Shown: positions 47,971-58,450, counted from the first letter of the stretch. The stretch: DNA of 64,000 bases from an uncultured Acidobacteriota bacterium (GCA_963836075.1 CAWIIB010000009.1:2944001-3008000); one strand, 5' to 3'. Translations and numbers: made by a program. The notes: generated from the letters alone by a model not told the origin.

Positions 47971-49221
47971 ATGTATTCGACCAAGTTGAGCCCCAGACAT
48001 GAAAAAACCGGAGCAGCGCTTCTTGCGGTGCAAAGCCATCGCAAGCTGTGGTTTGGCCTTCTCTGTATCCTGACGGTCCTGTTCCTCTCTCTGCCTGCAT
48101 TGGCGCAGGTGGATGTCCAGGTGACCTGGGACGCCAACACCGAACCGGACCTCGCCGGCTACAATGTCTGGTGGGGCACCGAGGCCGGCATCTATCCCAA
48201 CTCCCAATCGGCCGGGACCGCCACCTCCGACATTATCTACGGGCTGAGCGAGGGGACCACGTACTACATTGCGGTGACCGCGTACGACCTGGCGGACAAC
48301 GAGAGCGCCAAGTCCCAGTGGGCCAGCATCACCCCCGACCTGACACCGCCCGCCTTCTCCAACATCTCTGCCGGATCGATCACCGAAAACAGCGTGACCA
48401 TCACCTGGAACACCGACGAACCGGCCACCTCTCGCGTGGAGTATGGTGAGAACCTTTCCTACGGCAGCCAGACCGCGCTCGACCCGGCGCTGGTGATCAG
48501 CCACAGTGTGGTGGTCAACGGCCTCGATGCCTGGACCACCTACCATTACCGGGTGAAGTCCAACGACGGCGCCGGCAACCAGGGGATCTCCGGTGACAAC
48601 GTCTTCACCACCGACGACACCACCGACCCGGTGATCAGCGACATCCAGGTTATCGACATCGGTGACAACGGGGCCACCATCACCTGGACCACAGACGAGC
48701 CGGCCACCTCCCGGGTGGACTATGGCGAGACCGCCGCATACGGCAGCAACGTGCAGGACCCGACGCTGGTGACCAGCCACTCGATGTCCATCACCGGTCT
48801 CGAATCGAACACCACCTATCACTTCAGGGTGCGCAGCGTCGATGAGAACAGCAACCTGGCCCAGTCGGCCGACGACACCTTCCAGACCACCGACAGCGGT
48901 GCACCAGTGATCACCACTATCGTCGCCACCGGCATCACCGCGGACAGCGTGACCATCACCTGGACCACCGATGAGCCGGCGACCTCCTTGGTCCGCTACG
49001 GCGAGACGGCGTCCTACGGCAGCGATGCCAGCGTCGGCGGTATGACCACCAGCCACAGCGTGACCATCACGGGTCTCACCGATGACACCACTTATCACTA
49101 CCAGGTGGAGAGCACCGATGCCTCGGACAACACCTCCACTTCCAGTGACCGGACCTTCGACACCCTCGACGAGACGGCGCCGGCGGCTCCCACCGGAGTG
49201 GATGTGGTTGTGGTGAGCTAG
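47971..49221 (+). CDS. Secreted fibronectin type III repeat protein (4 FN3-like domains)
   Basis: Signal peptide; WDANTEPDLAGY domain; three ITW.TDEPATS.V.YG....YGS repeats. Confidence 0.85.
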   Translation: MYSTKLSPRHEKTGAALLAVQSHRKLWFGLLCILTVLFLSLPALAQVDVQVTWDANTEPDLAGYNVWWGTEAGIYPNSQSAGTATSDIIYGLSEGTTYYIAVTAYDLADNESAKSQWASITPDLTPPAFSNISAGSITENSVTITWNTDEPATSRVEYGENLSYGSQTALDPALVISHSVVVNGLDAWTTYHYRVKSNDGAGNQGISGDNVFTTDDTTDPVISDIQVIDIGDNGATITWTTDEPATSRVDYGETAAYGSNVQDPTLVTSHSMSITGLESNTTYHFRVRSVDENSNLAQSADDTFQTTDSGAPVITTIVATGITADSVTITWTTDEPATSLVRYGETASYGSDASVGGMTTSHSVTITGLTDDTTYHYQVESTDASDNTSTSSDRTFDTLDETAPAAPTGVDVVVVS

Positions 49222-49248
49222 AACTGAACTTCAAGGAGTGGAAACAGC

Positions 49249-49284
49249 AAAGCGCCGGGAGGACAACCTCCCGGCGCTTTTTTT
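49249..49284 (+). terminator. Rho-independent terminator
   Basis: aaagcgccgggagg-acaa-cctcccggcgc followed by a T7 tract. Confidence 0.88.
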
Positions 49285-49295
49285 GCGTCAGTGCG

Positions 49296-49361
49296 TCAGG
49301 GACGTACATGAATATATGAATATTTCCTTGGAAATATTCATATATTCATGTACGTCCCTGA
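49296..49361. repeat. Perfect inverted repeat, 32-bp arms, 2-nt loop
   Basis: tcagggacgtacatgaatatatgaatatttcc-tt-ggaaatattcatatattcatgtacgtccctga. Confidence 0.9.
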
Positions 49362-49383
49362 AAGAACTGAAAGAACGCGATAC

Positions 49384-51858
49384 CTACTTCTCGTCTTTTT
49401 TCTCGTCCTCCTCGGGGGACGGGTTCAACTCGTCCAGGCGGTCCTGCACCAGACGGTTCACCGTTCCGGGGGGGAAGAGGCCGCTGCGGGACTGCCGGCC
49501 GGCAGCCACACCGGTGAGCACCTCGATCCCACGGTCGATGCTGTCCACGGCGAAGATACTGAACTGCCCCGTCTCCGCCGCTTTAACCACGTCCTTGCGG
49601 AGCATCAGGTCCTTGACGTTGCGCGTGGGGATCATCACGCCCTGTTCGCCGGTGAGGCCACGGGCGGCGCAGACGTCGAAGAACCCTTCGATCTTCTCGT
49701 TCACCCCGCCGATGGGCTGGATCTCGCCCAGCTGGTTCACCGAGCCGGTAACCGCGATCCCCTGAGCCAGGGGTACGCCGGAAAGGCTGGAGAGCAGGGC
49801 GTAGATCTCGGTGGAGGAGGCGCTGTCCCCGTCCACGCCGCTGTAAGACTGCTCGAAGCAGAGCGAGGCGGAGAGGGTCAGCGGCGCCTGCTGGGCAAAA
49901 CGCCGGCGCAGGAACCCGCCGATGATCAGCACGCCCTTGTCGTGTGAACTGCCGCTGAGCTTGGCTTCCCGTTCGATATTGATCAGCCCGGCCCGGCCGA
50001 AGGATGTGGTGGCGGTGATGCGGGTGGGGCGACCGAAGCGGTGGTCGCCCATATCGAAGACCGAGAGCCCGTTGACCTGGCCCACCACCTTGCCGGCGGT
50101 GTCGATGATCAGCGTGCCCCGCTCGATATACTCCTGCATGTGGGTTTCCACCATGTTGTTCCGCTCGAGGCGCATCTGGATCGCCTGGTCCACGTGATCG
50201 CGGCTGGTCAGCTTGCTGCTGCCCGACCAGTAGTCGGCTTCTCGAACCACATCGGCGATTTCGCTGAACCGGGTGCTCAGCTTCTCCCGCCGGCCCGCCT
50301 CGCGCACGCCGTATTCCAGCAGACGGCCGGCGGCCTCGCTGGTCAGCGGCTTTAGTGACTCGTCGGCGCAGACCTTGCTGATCACCGAGAGAAACTTTTT
50401 GGCATTGCTTTTGTTCAGCTTGATCGTCGAGTCGAAGTCGACCTTGACCTTGAAGATCTGCTTGAAGTCCTCGTCCTGGCGGTAGAGCAGGTGGTAGAGG
50501 TGGCTCTCGCCGATCAGGATCACCTTGACGTTGAGGTCGATCGGTTCCGGCTTGATCGGCGAGGAGAGCAGGCCCAGCTGCGACTCCATGCTCTGGATCT
50601 CCAGCTGACGGTAGGTCAGGGCCCGTTTCAGTGTCTTCCAGACCTGGGTCTCGGTGAGGGCGTCGGTGGCGTTGAACACCAGGTAGCCGCCGTCGGCCTC
50701 CAGCAGGGAGCCGCCGCGGATGTTCATAAAGTCGGGCGGCGTGCTGCCGATGCCCTGCCGGGCGGACTGGATGTGGCCGAAGAGGTTCTTGAAGTTCGGC
50801 GTGGTCTCGATCACCACCGGGCAGCCCTCGCGGTTCGAGTTGTCGAGGACCACGTTGACTCCGTAGGCCCGGAACGCGTCGGTGGCGCCACCCCGTATGC
50901 CCAGCGGCATCCCGTCACCCTCGTCGTCGCCGTCATCCTCCTTGAAGACGTCGACGTTTTCGGCCACATTGTCCACCAGCTGCTTGAGGAAACCGTCGAT
51001 CTTGGGGTTGGGGAACTTGACGCGGATTTCTTCGGCCATGTGCGCCGCCAGGTCGCGAATGGTCTCCTCTTCCAGCAGTTCCAACCGGGCCATCATCTCC
51101 TTGGACAGCCGGCGGTTCTCCCGCAGCATCCCGTCCAGCTCGGAACGCAGTTCCTGGTAGCGGGCAATCATCGGGTGGCCGGCAGCCGCTTCCGGGCCCT
51201 CGGCCTCGCGGATCTTCCCGGCGTACTCCTGGATCGTCATCTCCTTGTCATCCACCATGGGCAGCAGGTCCGGCCTGGAGACCGGCCCCATCTGCACCTG
51301 CCCCAGGGCAAACCCCTGCTCCCGGACGGCGGCGTCGAAGGTGGCGAACATCTTGTTCCCCTGTTCCTCATATTCGCGGCGGATCGAGTCCCGCTGCTGC
51401 TGGAAGTCGTCGCCCTCCAGCTCCAGGGGAACGCGGGCCCGGAGAAAGCGGATCATTTCGTCCACCACCCGTTTGAATTTCCGACCCTGGCCCCGGGGCA
51501 GGGTGATCAGCACCGGTGTGTTGGGATTGATGAAGTCGTTCACGTAACACCGGTCGAGAGGCAGCGGGCAGCGGGGTTTGATGTGGTCCAGCAGCAGTTC
51601 CACCGTGGTCATCTTGCCCGTGCCCGAGAGGCCGCAGACAAAGGCGTTGTACCCGGGTCGGAACAGCTCCATCCCCAGCCGCAGGGCTTCCACCGCCTTT
51701 TCCTGGCCCACGATGCCGGTGGCCGGCGCCACGTTGGTTGAGGTTTTGAAGCCGAGCCAGGAGGTGGGGCAGTTCCAGCGAAGCTTCTCCGGGGGAACCG
51801 TCTTCGGTGCGGAGGCCTGAACTGGGGTGGCGCTGGCTGGATTCCCTCTCTTGCTCAT
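49384..51858 (-). CDS. Lon-like protease (AAA_32 + Lon_C; LonC type)
   Basis: IVGQEKA, GLSGTGK, GGSLLEADGGYL, GQVNGL, FEQSY.GVDGDSAS (Ser), GGVNEKIEGF (Lys). Confidence 0.9.
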   Translation of the reverse strand: MSKRGNPASATPVQASAPKTVPPEKLRWNCPTSWLGFKTSTNVAPATGIVGQEKAVEALRLGMELFRPGYNAFVCGLSGTGKMTTVELLLDHIKPRCPLPLDRCYVNDFINPNTPVLITLPRGQGRKFKRVVDEMIRFLRARVPLELEGDDFQQQRDSIRREYEEQGNKMFATFDAAVREQGFALGQVQMGPVSRPDLLPMVDDKEMTIQEYAGKIREAEGPEAAAGHPMIARYQELRSELDGMLRENRRLSKEMMARLELLEEETIRDLAAHMAEEIRVKFPNPKIDGFLKQLVDNVAENVDVFKEDDGDDEGDGMPLGIRGGATDAFRAYGVNVVLDNSNREGCPVVIETTPNFKNLFGHIQSARQGIGSTPPDFMNIRGGSLLEADGGYLVFNATDALTETQVWKTLKRALTYRQLEIQSMESQLGLLSSPIKPEPIDLNVKVILIGESHLYHLLYRQDEDFKQIFKVKVDFDSTIKLNKSNAKKFLSVISKVCADESLKPLTSEAAGRLLEYGVREAGRREKLSTRFSEIADVVREADYWSGSSKLTSRDHVDQAIQMRLERNNMVETHMQEYIERGTLIIDTAGKVVGQVNGLSVFDMGDHRFGRPTRITATTSFGRAGLINIEREAKLSGSSHDKGVLIIGGFLRRRFAQQAPLTLSASLCFEQSYSGVDGDSASSTEIYALLSSLSGVPLAQGIAVTGSVNQLGEIQPIGGVNEKIEGFFDVCAARGLTGEQGVMIPTRNVKDLMLRKDVVKAAETGQFSIFAVDSIDRGIEVLTGVAAGRQSRSGLFPPGTVNRLVQDRLDELNPSPEEDEKKDEK

Positions 51859-52109
51859 CTGGGTCCCTCCGGAAGATAGTGGTGGATCTGCTGGGTCGTG
51901 AGAAGAACGAAATGTACCAGAGCGGGAAAATGCTGTCAATTTTCCTCAAGACGAGATGTGGGATGTCCACCACCCGTGAGAAGACTTACGTGAAAGCCTG
52001 ATGAGCGCACCAGGGAATTCAAAATGCACAAAAAATGACCATTAATGCGAATGCGATGGGTTTATAATACATAATGAACAGAAAAACAGCATCAATACGC
52101 ATTATTGTG

Positions 52110-52139
52110 ATTGACATGTCGCGTCAATGGAATTATTGT
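52110..52139 (+). promoter_or_regulatory. glnA sigma70 promoter with overlapping palindromic operator
   Basis: TTGACA-17nt-TATTGT; ATTGAC-N7-GTCAAT at 52110-52128. Confidence 0.65.
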
Positions 52140-52227
52140 GTGGGTGGAGCGGGAAGACCGGTCCGGCGCCACTGCCGGATCAATACTGATACGGCGGGAC
52201 CCGGGCCCGCACTCATCGAGGTGGCAC

Positions 52228-53556
52228 ATGACGACCGCGGAAATCCTGGCCCTGGCCAGGGAAGAGGACGTGAGATTCCTCCGCCTGCAGTTCACCGACA
52301 TCATGGGCGCGATCAAGAACGTGGAGATCCCCCAGCGGCAGTTCGAAAAGGCGCTCACCGAGGGCGTGCTCTTTGACGGCTCTTCGATCCAGGGTTTCGC
52401 CCGCATCGAGGAATCGGACATGATCCTGATCCCCGAGCCGGCCACCTTCCGCATCTTTCCCGGACAGCATCGGAAGGACGAGGGAAAGCGCGCCCGGCTG
52501 ATCTGCGATATCCGGCACCCCAACGGCGACGACTTCGAGGGCTGCCCGCGCAGTGCCCTGCGCCGGGTGGTGGACCGGGCGGCCAGGATGGGCTTTACCA
52601 TGCAGGCCGGCCCCGAGGCCGAGTTCTTCCTCTTCCTCACCGACGAGCAGGGCAAGGCCACCACCACCACCCACGACGCCGCCGGCTACTTCGACCTCAC
52701 ACCGGTGGACAAGGGGGAGTGGGCCCGCCGCGACATCGTCACCGACCTCGAGTACATGGGCTTCGAGGTCGAGGCGGCGCACCACGAGGTGGCCCCGGGC
52801 CAGCACGAGATCGACTTCAAGCACGCCGACGCCCTGACCTGCGCCGACAACGTGGCCACCTTCCGTTTCATTGTCCGCCGGGTGGCCGAGCGCTACAAGC
52901 TGCACGCCACCTTCATGCCCAAGCCGATCTTCGGCATCAACGGTTCGGGGATGCACGTCCACCAGTCGTTGGAGAAGGACGGCGAGAACATCTTCCACGA
53001 CCCGAAGGCCGAGTACGAACTGAGCGAGACGATGATGCAATACATCGGCGGGATCCTGAAGCACGCCAAGGGCTTCGTGGCGATCACCAACCCGCTGATC
53101 AACTCCTACAAACGGCTGGTGCCCGGATACGAGGCGCCCACATACATCGCCTGGTCCGAGCGCAACCGTTCACCCCTGGCCCGGGTGCCCGACCGCCGCG
53201 GCCCGGGCACCCGGGTGGAAGTCCGGGTTCCCGATCCCTCCTGCAACCCCTACCTCGCCCTGGCGGTGATGCTGGCCGCCGGTCTCGACGGCATCGAGAA
53301 CAGGATCGACCCCGGCCCGCCGGTGAACAAGAACATCTACACCATGAGCCAGCGGGAAAAGCGGCGGCTGAAGATCGACGAGCTGCCCCCCGACCTCACC
53401 GGCGCCCTCGACTGCCTGGAGAAGGACAAGGTGATCGGCGCGGCGCTGGGCGGGCACATCCTCGAGCACTTCGTCAACGCCAAGCGCCAGGAGTGGGCCG
53501 CTTACCAGGCCCAGGTCCACCAGTGGGAGGTGGACTCCTACCTCTCGTATTACTAG
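52228..53556 (+). CDS. glnA: Glutamine synthetase type I
   Basis: FDGSSIQGF, HHEVAPGQHEI, ATFMPKP, GSGMHVH, RLVPGYEAP, NRS, NPYLA. Confidence 0.97.
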   Translation: MTTAEILALAREEDVRFLRLQFTDIMGAIKNVEIPQRQFEKALTEGVLFDGSSIQGFARIEESDMILIPEPATFRIFPGQHRKDEGKRARLICDIRHPNGDDFEGCPRSALRRVVDRAARMGFTMQAGPEAEFFLFLTDEQGKATTTTHDAAGYFDLTPVDKGEWARRDIVTDLEYMGFEVEAAHHEVAPGQHEIDFKHADALTCADNVATFRFIVRRVAERYKLHATFMPKPIFGINGSGMHVHQSLEKDGENIFHDPKAEYELSETMMQYIGGILKHAKGFVAITNPLINSYKRLVPGYEAPTYIAWSERNRSPLARVPDRRGPGTRVEVRVPDPSCNPYLALAVMLAAGLDGIENRIDPGPPVNKNIYTMSQREKRRLKIDELPPDLTGALDCLEKDKVIGAALGGHILEHFVNAKRQEWAAYQAQVHQWEVDSYLSYY

Positions 53557-53580
53557 GAGTAACGGCGGCGGGGCAGGGGC

Positions 53581-55869
53581 TCAGAACCGTCCCGCCGCCA
53601 CGTTGACCCCGTGGGTGTAGACCGGGGGGAATGCATCGAGAGTGAAGTCCAGTGTCACCTGGCCGGCCTGGTAGTCGTACACCTTCACTGTGGAGCCGTT
53701 GGCCGGTCCGGGGCCGCTGCCGACAATGATTTCGCACCGGCCATCCGCGTCGAGGTCAGTGCCTGCCCAGACCCGGGCGCCGTAGCGCACCTCTGCAGCC
53801 GGCCAGGCAAAGAAACTGAGCCCCGGCAACTCGCTGATCGTCGAGCCATCGTAATTCCAGCCCCTGATGTGGCTGCCGAAAGCCGGTGAGGGTCCCGGGG
53901 CGGTGACAATCTCGTCCATCCCGTCACCGTCCACGTCACCGCAGCCCACCACCACGCCGTAGCGGGGTGTTCCATAGGCGAAGAAACTGACCGCCGGCAT
54001 GGCTGCGGCTGTCCAGCCGTCCACGTTCCAGCCCCGCACGTGTGGTCCGAAGACTGCGCCCGGCCCGGCGCCGCTGACGATCTCGTCGAAGCCATCGCCG
54101 TCCAGGTCGCCGGCGGCCACGTTGACCCCCCACTTGAGTGTGCCGTAGGCGAAGAAGCTCACCCCGGGCAGTGGCACTACCTCCTGACCGCCGTCGAGTT
54201 CGAAGGCCCGGATATGGGGCCCGAACACCGCCCCCGGCCCGGCTCCGGTGAGGATCTCATCGAACCCGTCGTTGTCCACGTCACCGGCGGCCACGTTGAC
54301 GCCGTATTTGTTGGTGCCGTAGGCCAGGAAACTCACCAGGGGGTTTGGTGTGCCATCGGACATGAAACCGCGTACATGGGGGCCAAAGACGGCACCCGGC
54401 CCGGGGCCGGTGATGATCTCCATGCCCGGCTCCCCGTCCAGTTCACCGCAGCTAATGTTGACGCCGTATTTTTGAATTGAATAGGACTCGAATTCGACCA
54501 GCGGCCTGGCGTCCTGGAGGGGGGCCAGGAGGTGAACCGTTGTGGGGTTGGACGGGTGCGGACCGAGGCCGGCGGCTATGAAAAGGCTGCCCGGCAGCGG
54601 ACTGTCGGGATAGTGGTACCCCATGTCCACCTGGCCGTTGTCCGTCTCCAGGTCGGTACGGGTGCTGAACCGGTCCATACAGACCATGGCTTCGTAGATC
54701 TCGTAACAACTGTCCTGCGCCGGGCTGCTACCCGCATCCACACAGGGGCTGTCCGCGGCCTGGCCCGCGGCCGTCTGGCTCAGGTAATACTCCCCGGCCG
54801 GGCCGGTGGCAAACGACGGGTCAGCGTCGATATTCCCCTCGCCGGGCCAGCCGCCTTCCACCAGGGACCAGCTGATTTCCGGCTCGCCGAGGATCACCGG
54901 GTCGACGTTGTTCCAGAAGATACTGTCGGTTACCGTGCCCCTGCTGGCAAGGGCCTGCCGGCCGTTGCCGACGAAGGTGCAGTTGTGGATGCCGAAATCG
55001 GTGTAGCCGCTGTCGTAGATAACCGAACCATAGTCTGCGATGTTTCCCTGGAAGAGATTGTTACCGAGAAGAACCAGCGGTAAACCGTCACCTGGCGGCG
55101 CAGCGGCATCCGGTTCGGAGCAGGTGATGGCGCCCCCGATGCGGGCGCTGTTGCCGGTGAAGGTGTTGCCGGTCACCGTGGCCCCCACCATGCCATACAC
55201 GAAGTAGATCGCGCCGCCGTTCTGGGTCGAGCTGTTGCCGATGAACTGGTTGCGCACGATGACCACGTCGGAAAAATGCCACCCGACGCACAACGCGCCC
55301 CCGCCATTGAGCTGGTGGTCGGAGATGCAGCGGTTGTTGATGAATGTGTTGCCGAGGATCACGGGGTTTGAGTTGTAGGTCATCAAACCGCCACCCAGGC
55401 TGGTTGACGTGTTGTCGCGGATTACGTTGTTCAGGATCATCGGCGAGGATTCGTCATACAGGCAGATGATCCCCGAGTCGGTGTGGTTCATGATGATGTT
55501 GTTCCTGATCGTCGGCGAGGTGTCGCTGCAGTAGATCCCCGTATCTTCCATCCCGCTGTTCTGGATGGTGAACCCGTCGAGGATCGAGTCCCGGCCCTCC
55601 TCTCCGACGAAATAGACACTTCCCTCGACAATCGTCGACTCCGGTCCTGCAAGGCTCCGCACCTCGACGGCCTTTCCCTGAAAAGCGAAAATCTCCCAGT
55701 AGAATCCGGGCCGGACGAGGATCGTGTCACCGTCCTCGGCCGCGTCGATCGCATCCTGGATCATCGTGTAGTCGTCGGGAACGTAGATCTCGTTGCCGGC
55801 GGCCGGAGCCGACATCAGCAGGCAAGCAACAATGATGACCGTTTGAGTGTAGAGGTTTCTGGCGATCAT
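53581..55869 (-). CDS. Secreted right-handed beta-helix (pectin-lyase-like) protein with C-terminal FG-GAP module
   Basis: VPDDYTMIQDAID; GG(A/G)I and N..F.GN repeats; NIDADP...VDMGYHYP linker; FG-GAP repeats; ends AAGRF. Confidence 0.85.
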   Translation of the reverse strand: MIARNLYTQTVIIVACLLMSAPAAGNEIYVPDDYTMIQDAIDAAEDGDTILVRPGFYWEIFAFQGKAVEVRSLAGPESTIVEGSVYFVGEEGRDSILDGFTIQNSGMEDTGIYCSDTSPTIRNNIIMNHTDSGIICLYDESSPMILNNVIRDNTSTSLGGGLMTYNSNPVILGNTFINNRCISDHQLNGGGALCVGWHFSDVVIVRNQFIGNSSTQNGGAIYFVYGMVGATVTGNTFTGNSARIGGAITCSEPDAAAPPGDGLPLVLLGNNLFQGNIADYGSVIYDSGYTDFGIHNCTFVGNGRQALASRGTVTDSIFWNNVDPVILGEPEISWSLVEGGWPGEGNIDADPSFATGPAGEYYLSQTAAGQAADSPCVDAGSSPAQDSCYEIYEAMVCMDRFSTRTDLETDNGQVDMGYHYPDSPLPGSLFIAAGLGPHPSNPTTVHLLAPLQDARPLVEFESYSIQKYGVNISCGELDGEPGMEIITGPGPGAVFGPHVRGFMSDGTPNPLVSFLAYGTNKYGVNVAAGDVDNDGFDEILTGAGPGAVFGPHIRAFELDGGQEVVPLPGVSFFAYGTLKWGVNVAAGDLDGDGFDEIVSGAGPGAVFGPHVRGWNVDGWTAAAMPAVSFFAYGTPRYGVVVGCGDVDGDGMDEIVTAPGPSPAFGSHIRGWNYDGSTISELPGLSFFAWPAAEVRYGARVWAGTDLDADGRCEIIVGSGPGPANGSTVKVYDYQAGQVTLDFTLDAFPPVYTHGVNVAAGRF

Positions 55870-55885
55870 CGTTTCCCCCGCAGTC

Positions 55886-58450
55886 TCAAAACCTCCCCGC
55901 CGCCACGTTCACTCCGTGGGTGTAGACCGGCGGGAAGGCATCGAGGGTGAACTCGAGCTCAATGCTGTGCGTGGTACTGTCATAGACCCTGACCTGGCTG
56001 CCCATGGCCGGGTCGGGGCCGCCGCCCACCAGCAGCTCGTCCCGGCCGTTGCCGTCCAGGTCCACACCGGAGCAGACACGGGCTCCGCAAGCCGCTTCGC
56101 CCGCCGGCCAGGCAAAGAAATTTACATTGGGCAGGGCCACCGGTTCGCCGCCGTCCACGTCCCAGCCCCGGATGTGGCTGCCGAATAGTGACGAAGGGCC
56201 GGGTGCGGTGATGATCTCGTCGATCCCGTCGCCGTCCAGGTCGCCGGCGGCCACGTTGACCCCGAACCTGTTCGTGCCGTAGGCCAGGAAGCTGACCCAG
56301 GAGAGCGCCACGACGGCTCCGCCGTCCACGTTCCAGCCCCGGACGTGGGGCCCGAACACGGCGCCCGGGCCGGCGCCGGTGATGATCTCGTCGAAGCCGT
56401 CGCCATCGAAATCCCCGCAGGCCACGTTGACACCCCACTTGAGCGTGCCGTAGGCGAAGTAGCTGATCTCGGAGATGGCCTCGGCGTCTCCGCCGTCCAC
56501 GTTCCAGCCCCGGACGTGGGGCCCGAACACGGCGCCCGGGCCGGCGCCGGTGACGATCTCGTCATAGCCGTCGCCGTCCAGGTCGCCGGCGGCCACGTTG
56601 ACCCCGAACTTGTTCGTGCCGTAAGCCAGGAAGTTGACGCCGGGAACGGGTGTGCCGTCCGAACCGAACCCGCGTACGTGCGGGCCGTAGATCTCGCCCG
56701 CGCCGGCGCCGGTGATGATGGTCAGGCCTTCGTCGTCGGTGAGCTGTCCAGCGGTCACATTCGCCCCCCAGGACGGCGAGCCGTACGCCGAAAACTCCGA
56801 GACCGGATCGGCATCCGCGTGGGGCGGGAAGACCCGGATCAGCGGCGGGTTGGCCGCTGACGGCCCGGGAGCTGCGACCAGCCCGAGGATGTGACTGCTT
56901 GACGGATAGTGGTATCCCATGTCCACCTGGCCGTTGTCGATTGCGCCGTCGGTGCGGGTGGTCAGCTGGTCGAGGCAGGTGGTCCCCTCCACCGTCTCAT
57001 AACAGATTTCACCCGCCGGGGCAGACCCCGAATCGATACAGGGGCTGTCGGCCGGTTGACCGGCTGCCAGGTGCCCCAGGTAGTAATCCCCCAAAGGGCC
57101 GCGGGTGAAGAGCGGGTCCGCGTCGATGTTCGTCGGGCCGCCGTATCCCCCTTCGATGTCGCTGTAGGTCACCGACGGGGTGCCCTGGATCTGTTCGCTG
57201 GTGTTGCCGTAGATGATGGAGTTGGTGATGGTCAACTGCCCCGATGAGCCCTGCCGGTAGATACCGAGGTCGTTGCCCGCAATGGTGCAGTTCACCACTC
57301 GAACGTCCTGGTTTTCGTGAAATATGGCGCTGCCGCTGTTACCCACGAAGAAGTTGTTGATGACCAGGATTTCACTACCACGACTGTTGGGGGGGGCGGC
57401 TGGGCGCGGGGGAGTACCTTCAGGTGCTGGCGGACGGTCCAGGTCCGTAGTCGCAATTCCGAACGAGATGCAGGCTCCTGCCCCGGAATTGTCGGTCATT
57501 ACATTCCCGCTCACGGTGCCGTATGCCCCGAACGCCTCATTGTAGAACCAGATGGCACCGTAGTTGCCGCCGAAATTGCCGGTGAAGAGATTGTCAGTGA
57601 TGTGGGCCGTGGCGCCAAAGGCCACCGTAATGCTGCCGCCGTGCATTTTGCATTCGTTTCCCGAAAAGGTGTTTCCGGTGATAAATGCTTCATTCTCAAG
57701 GGTACAATATATGGCCGATCCCAGGCGGCTGCTGTAATTTTCGATAAAGCGGTTCCCGCTGACCAGGCAGCTGGCAATGCAGGCCAGTCCGGCGCCATAC
57801 TCGGAGTTGTTGCCGGTGATGCTGTTGCCGGTGATGGCCGGAGAGCCTACCGAGCAGTAGATGCCGCCGCCAGAATGCGATGACGTATTGCCATGAATTG
57901 TGTTGCTCTCGATGACCGGTGAGCACTCCTCGCAGCAGATGCCGCCGCCGTCACGATCGGCTTCGCAACCGGTGACCTGGTTTTGCCGGAACAACGGCAA
58001 GCCCCCGGTACAGTAAATGCCTCCACCCTCATCGCTGTGGCAGTCCTCGATGCTGTTCGCTTCGATGACCGGGGAGGCATTGAGGCAGTATATGCCGCCC
58101 CCGTCGGCGAGCTTGTAACCGTTCCGCACGGTGAATCCCCGGAGGATGGAATCCGGTCCTTCATCGTTGACGAACTGGAACCCGCGGTCCTGACCCTCGC
58201 AGTCGATGATGCAGGCCGTGAACCCGTGTTCCGATTCCACGGTGATCGCCTTGCCGCCGAAGTTGATGTTCCTGTTGCTGGAGCCAACGTAGACGCCGTT
58301 GGCCACCAGCACCGTGTCGCCGCTCACGGCGGCGTCGATACCGGCCTGGATCGTGGGCTGGTCGGCCGGGACGCGGATGGTGGCGGCAGTGGAGGATATG
58401 GCGGCGAGGCAGGAGAGCAGGACAAACAGAACCAGGCTTCTCGAGGACAT
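55886..58450 (-). CDS. Secreted beta-helix protein with C-terminal FG-GAP module (duplicate copy A)
   Basis: GGAGG RBS before MSSRS; same architecture as neighbours. Confidence 0.87.
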   Translation of the reverse strand: MSSRSLVLFVLLSCLAAISSTAATIRVPADQPTIQAGIDAAVSGDTVLVANGVYVGSSNRNINFGGKAITVESEHGFTACIIDCEGQDRGFQFVNDEGPDSILRGFTVRNGYKLADGGGIYCLNASPVIEANSIEDCHSDEGGGIYCTGGLPLFRQNQVTGCEADRDGGGICCEECSPVIESNTIHGNTSSHSGGGIYCSVGSPAITGNSITGNNSEYGAGLACIASCLVSGNRFIENYSSRLGSAIYCTLENEAFITGNTFSGNECKMHGGSITVAFGATAHITDNLFTGNFGGNYGAIWFYNEAFGAYGTVSGNVMTDNSGAGACISFGIATTDLDRPPAPEGTPPRPAAPPNSRGSEILVINNFFVGNSGSAIFHENQDVRVVNCTIAGNDLGIYRQGSSGQLTITNSIIYGNTSEQIQGTPSVTYSDIEGGYGGPTNIDADPLFTRGPLGDYYLGHLAAGQPADSPCIDSGSAPAGEICYETVEGTTCLDQLTTRTDGAIDNGQVDMGYHYPSSSHILGLVAAPGPSAANPPLIRVFPPHADADPVSEFSAYGSPSWGANVTAGQLTDDEGLTIITGAGAGEIYGPHVRGFGSDGTPVPGVNFLAYGTNKFGVNVAAGDLDGDGYDEIVTGAGPGAVFGPHVRGWNVDGGDAEAISEISYFAYGTLKWGVNVACGDFDGDGFDEIITGAGPGAVFGPHVRGWNVDGGAVVALSWVSFLAYGTNRFGVNVAAGDLDGDGIDEIITAPGPSSLFGSHIRGWDVDGGEPVALPNVNFFAWPAGEAACGARVCSGVDLDGNGRDELLVGGGPDPAMGSQVRVYDSTTHSIELEFTLDAFPPVYTHGVNVAAGRF

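Noticed and set aside
1360-51741. Many long antisense or alternate-frame ORFs (e.g. 1511-3448, 6078-7925, 15561-17936, 31221-32822, 50491-51741)
   Set aside because: Shadow ORFs expected in high-GC DNA. They overlap well-supported genes and carry no motifs.
52004-52045. NtrC-binding sites upstream of glnA
   Set aside because: Only half-site TGCAC matches, and no sigma54 promoter at glnA.
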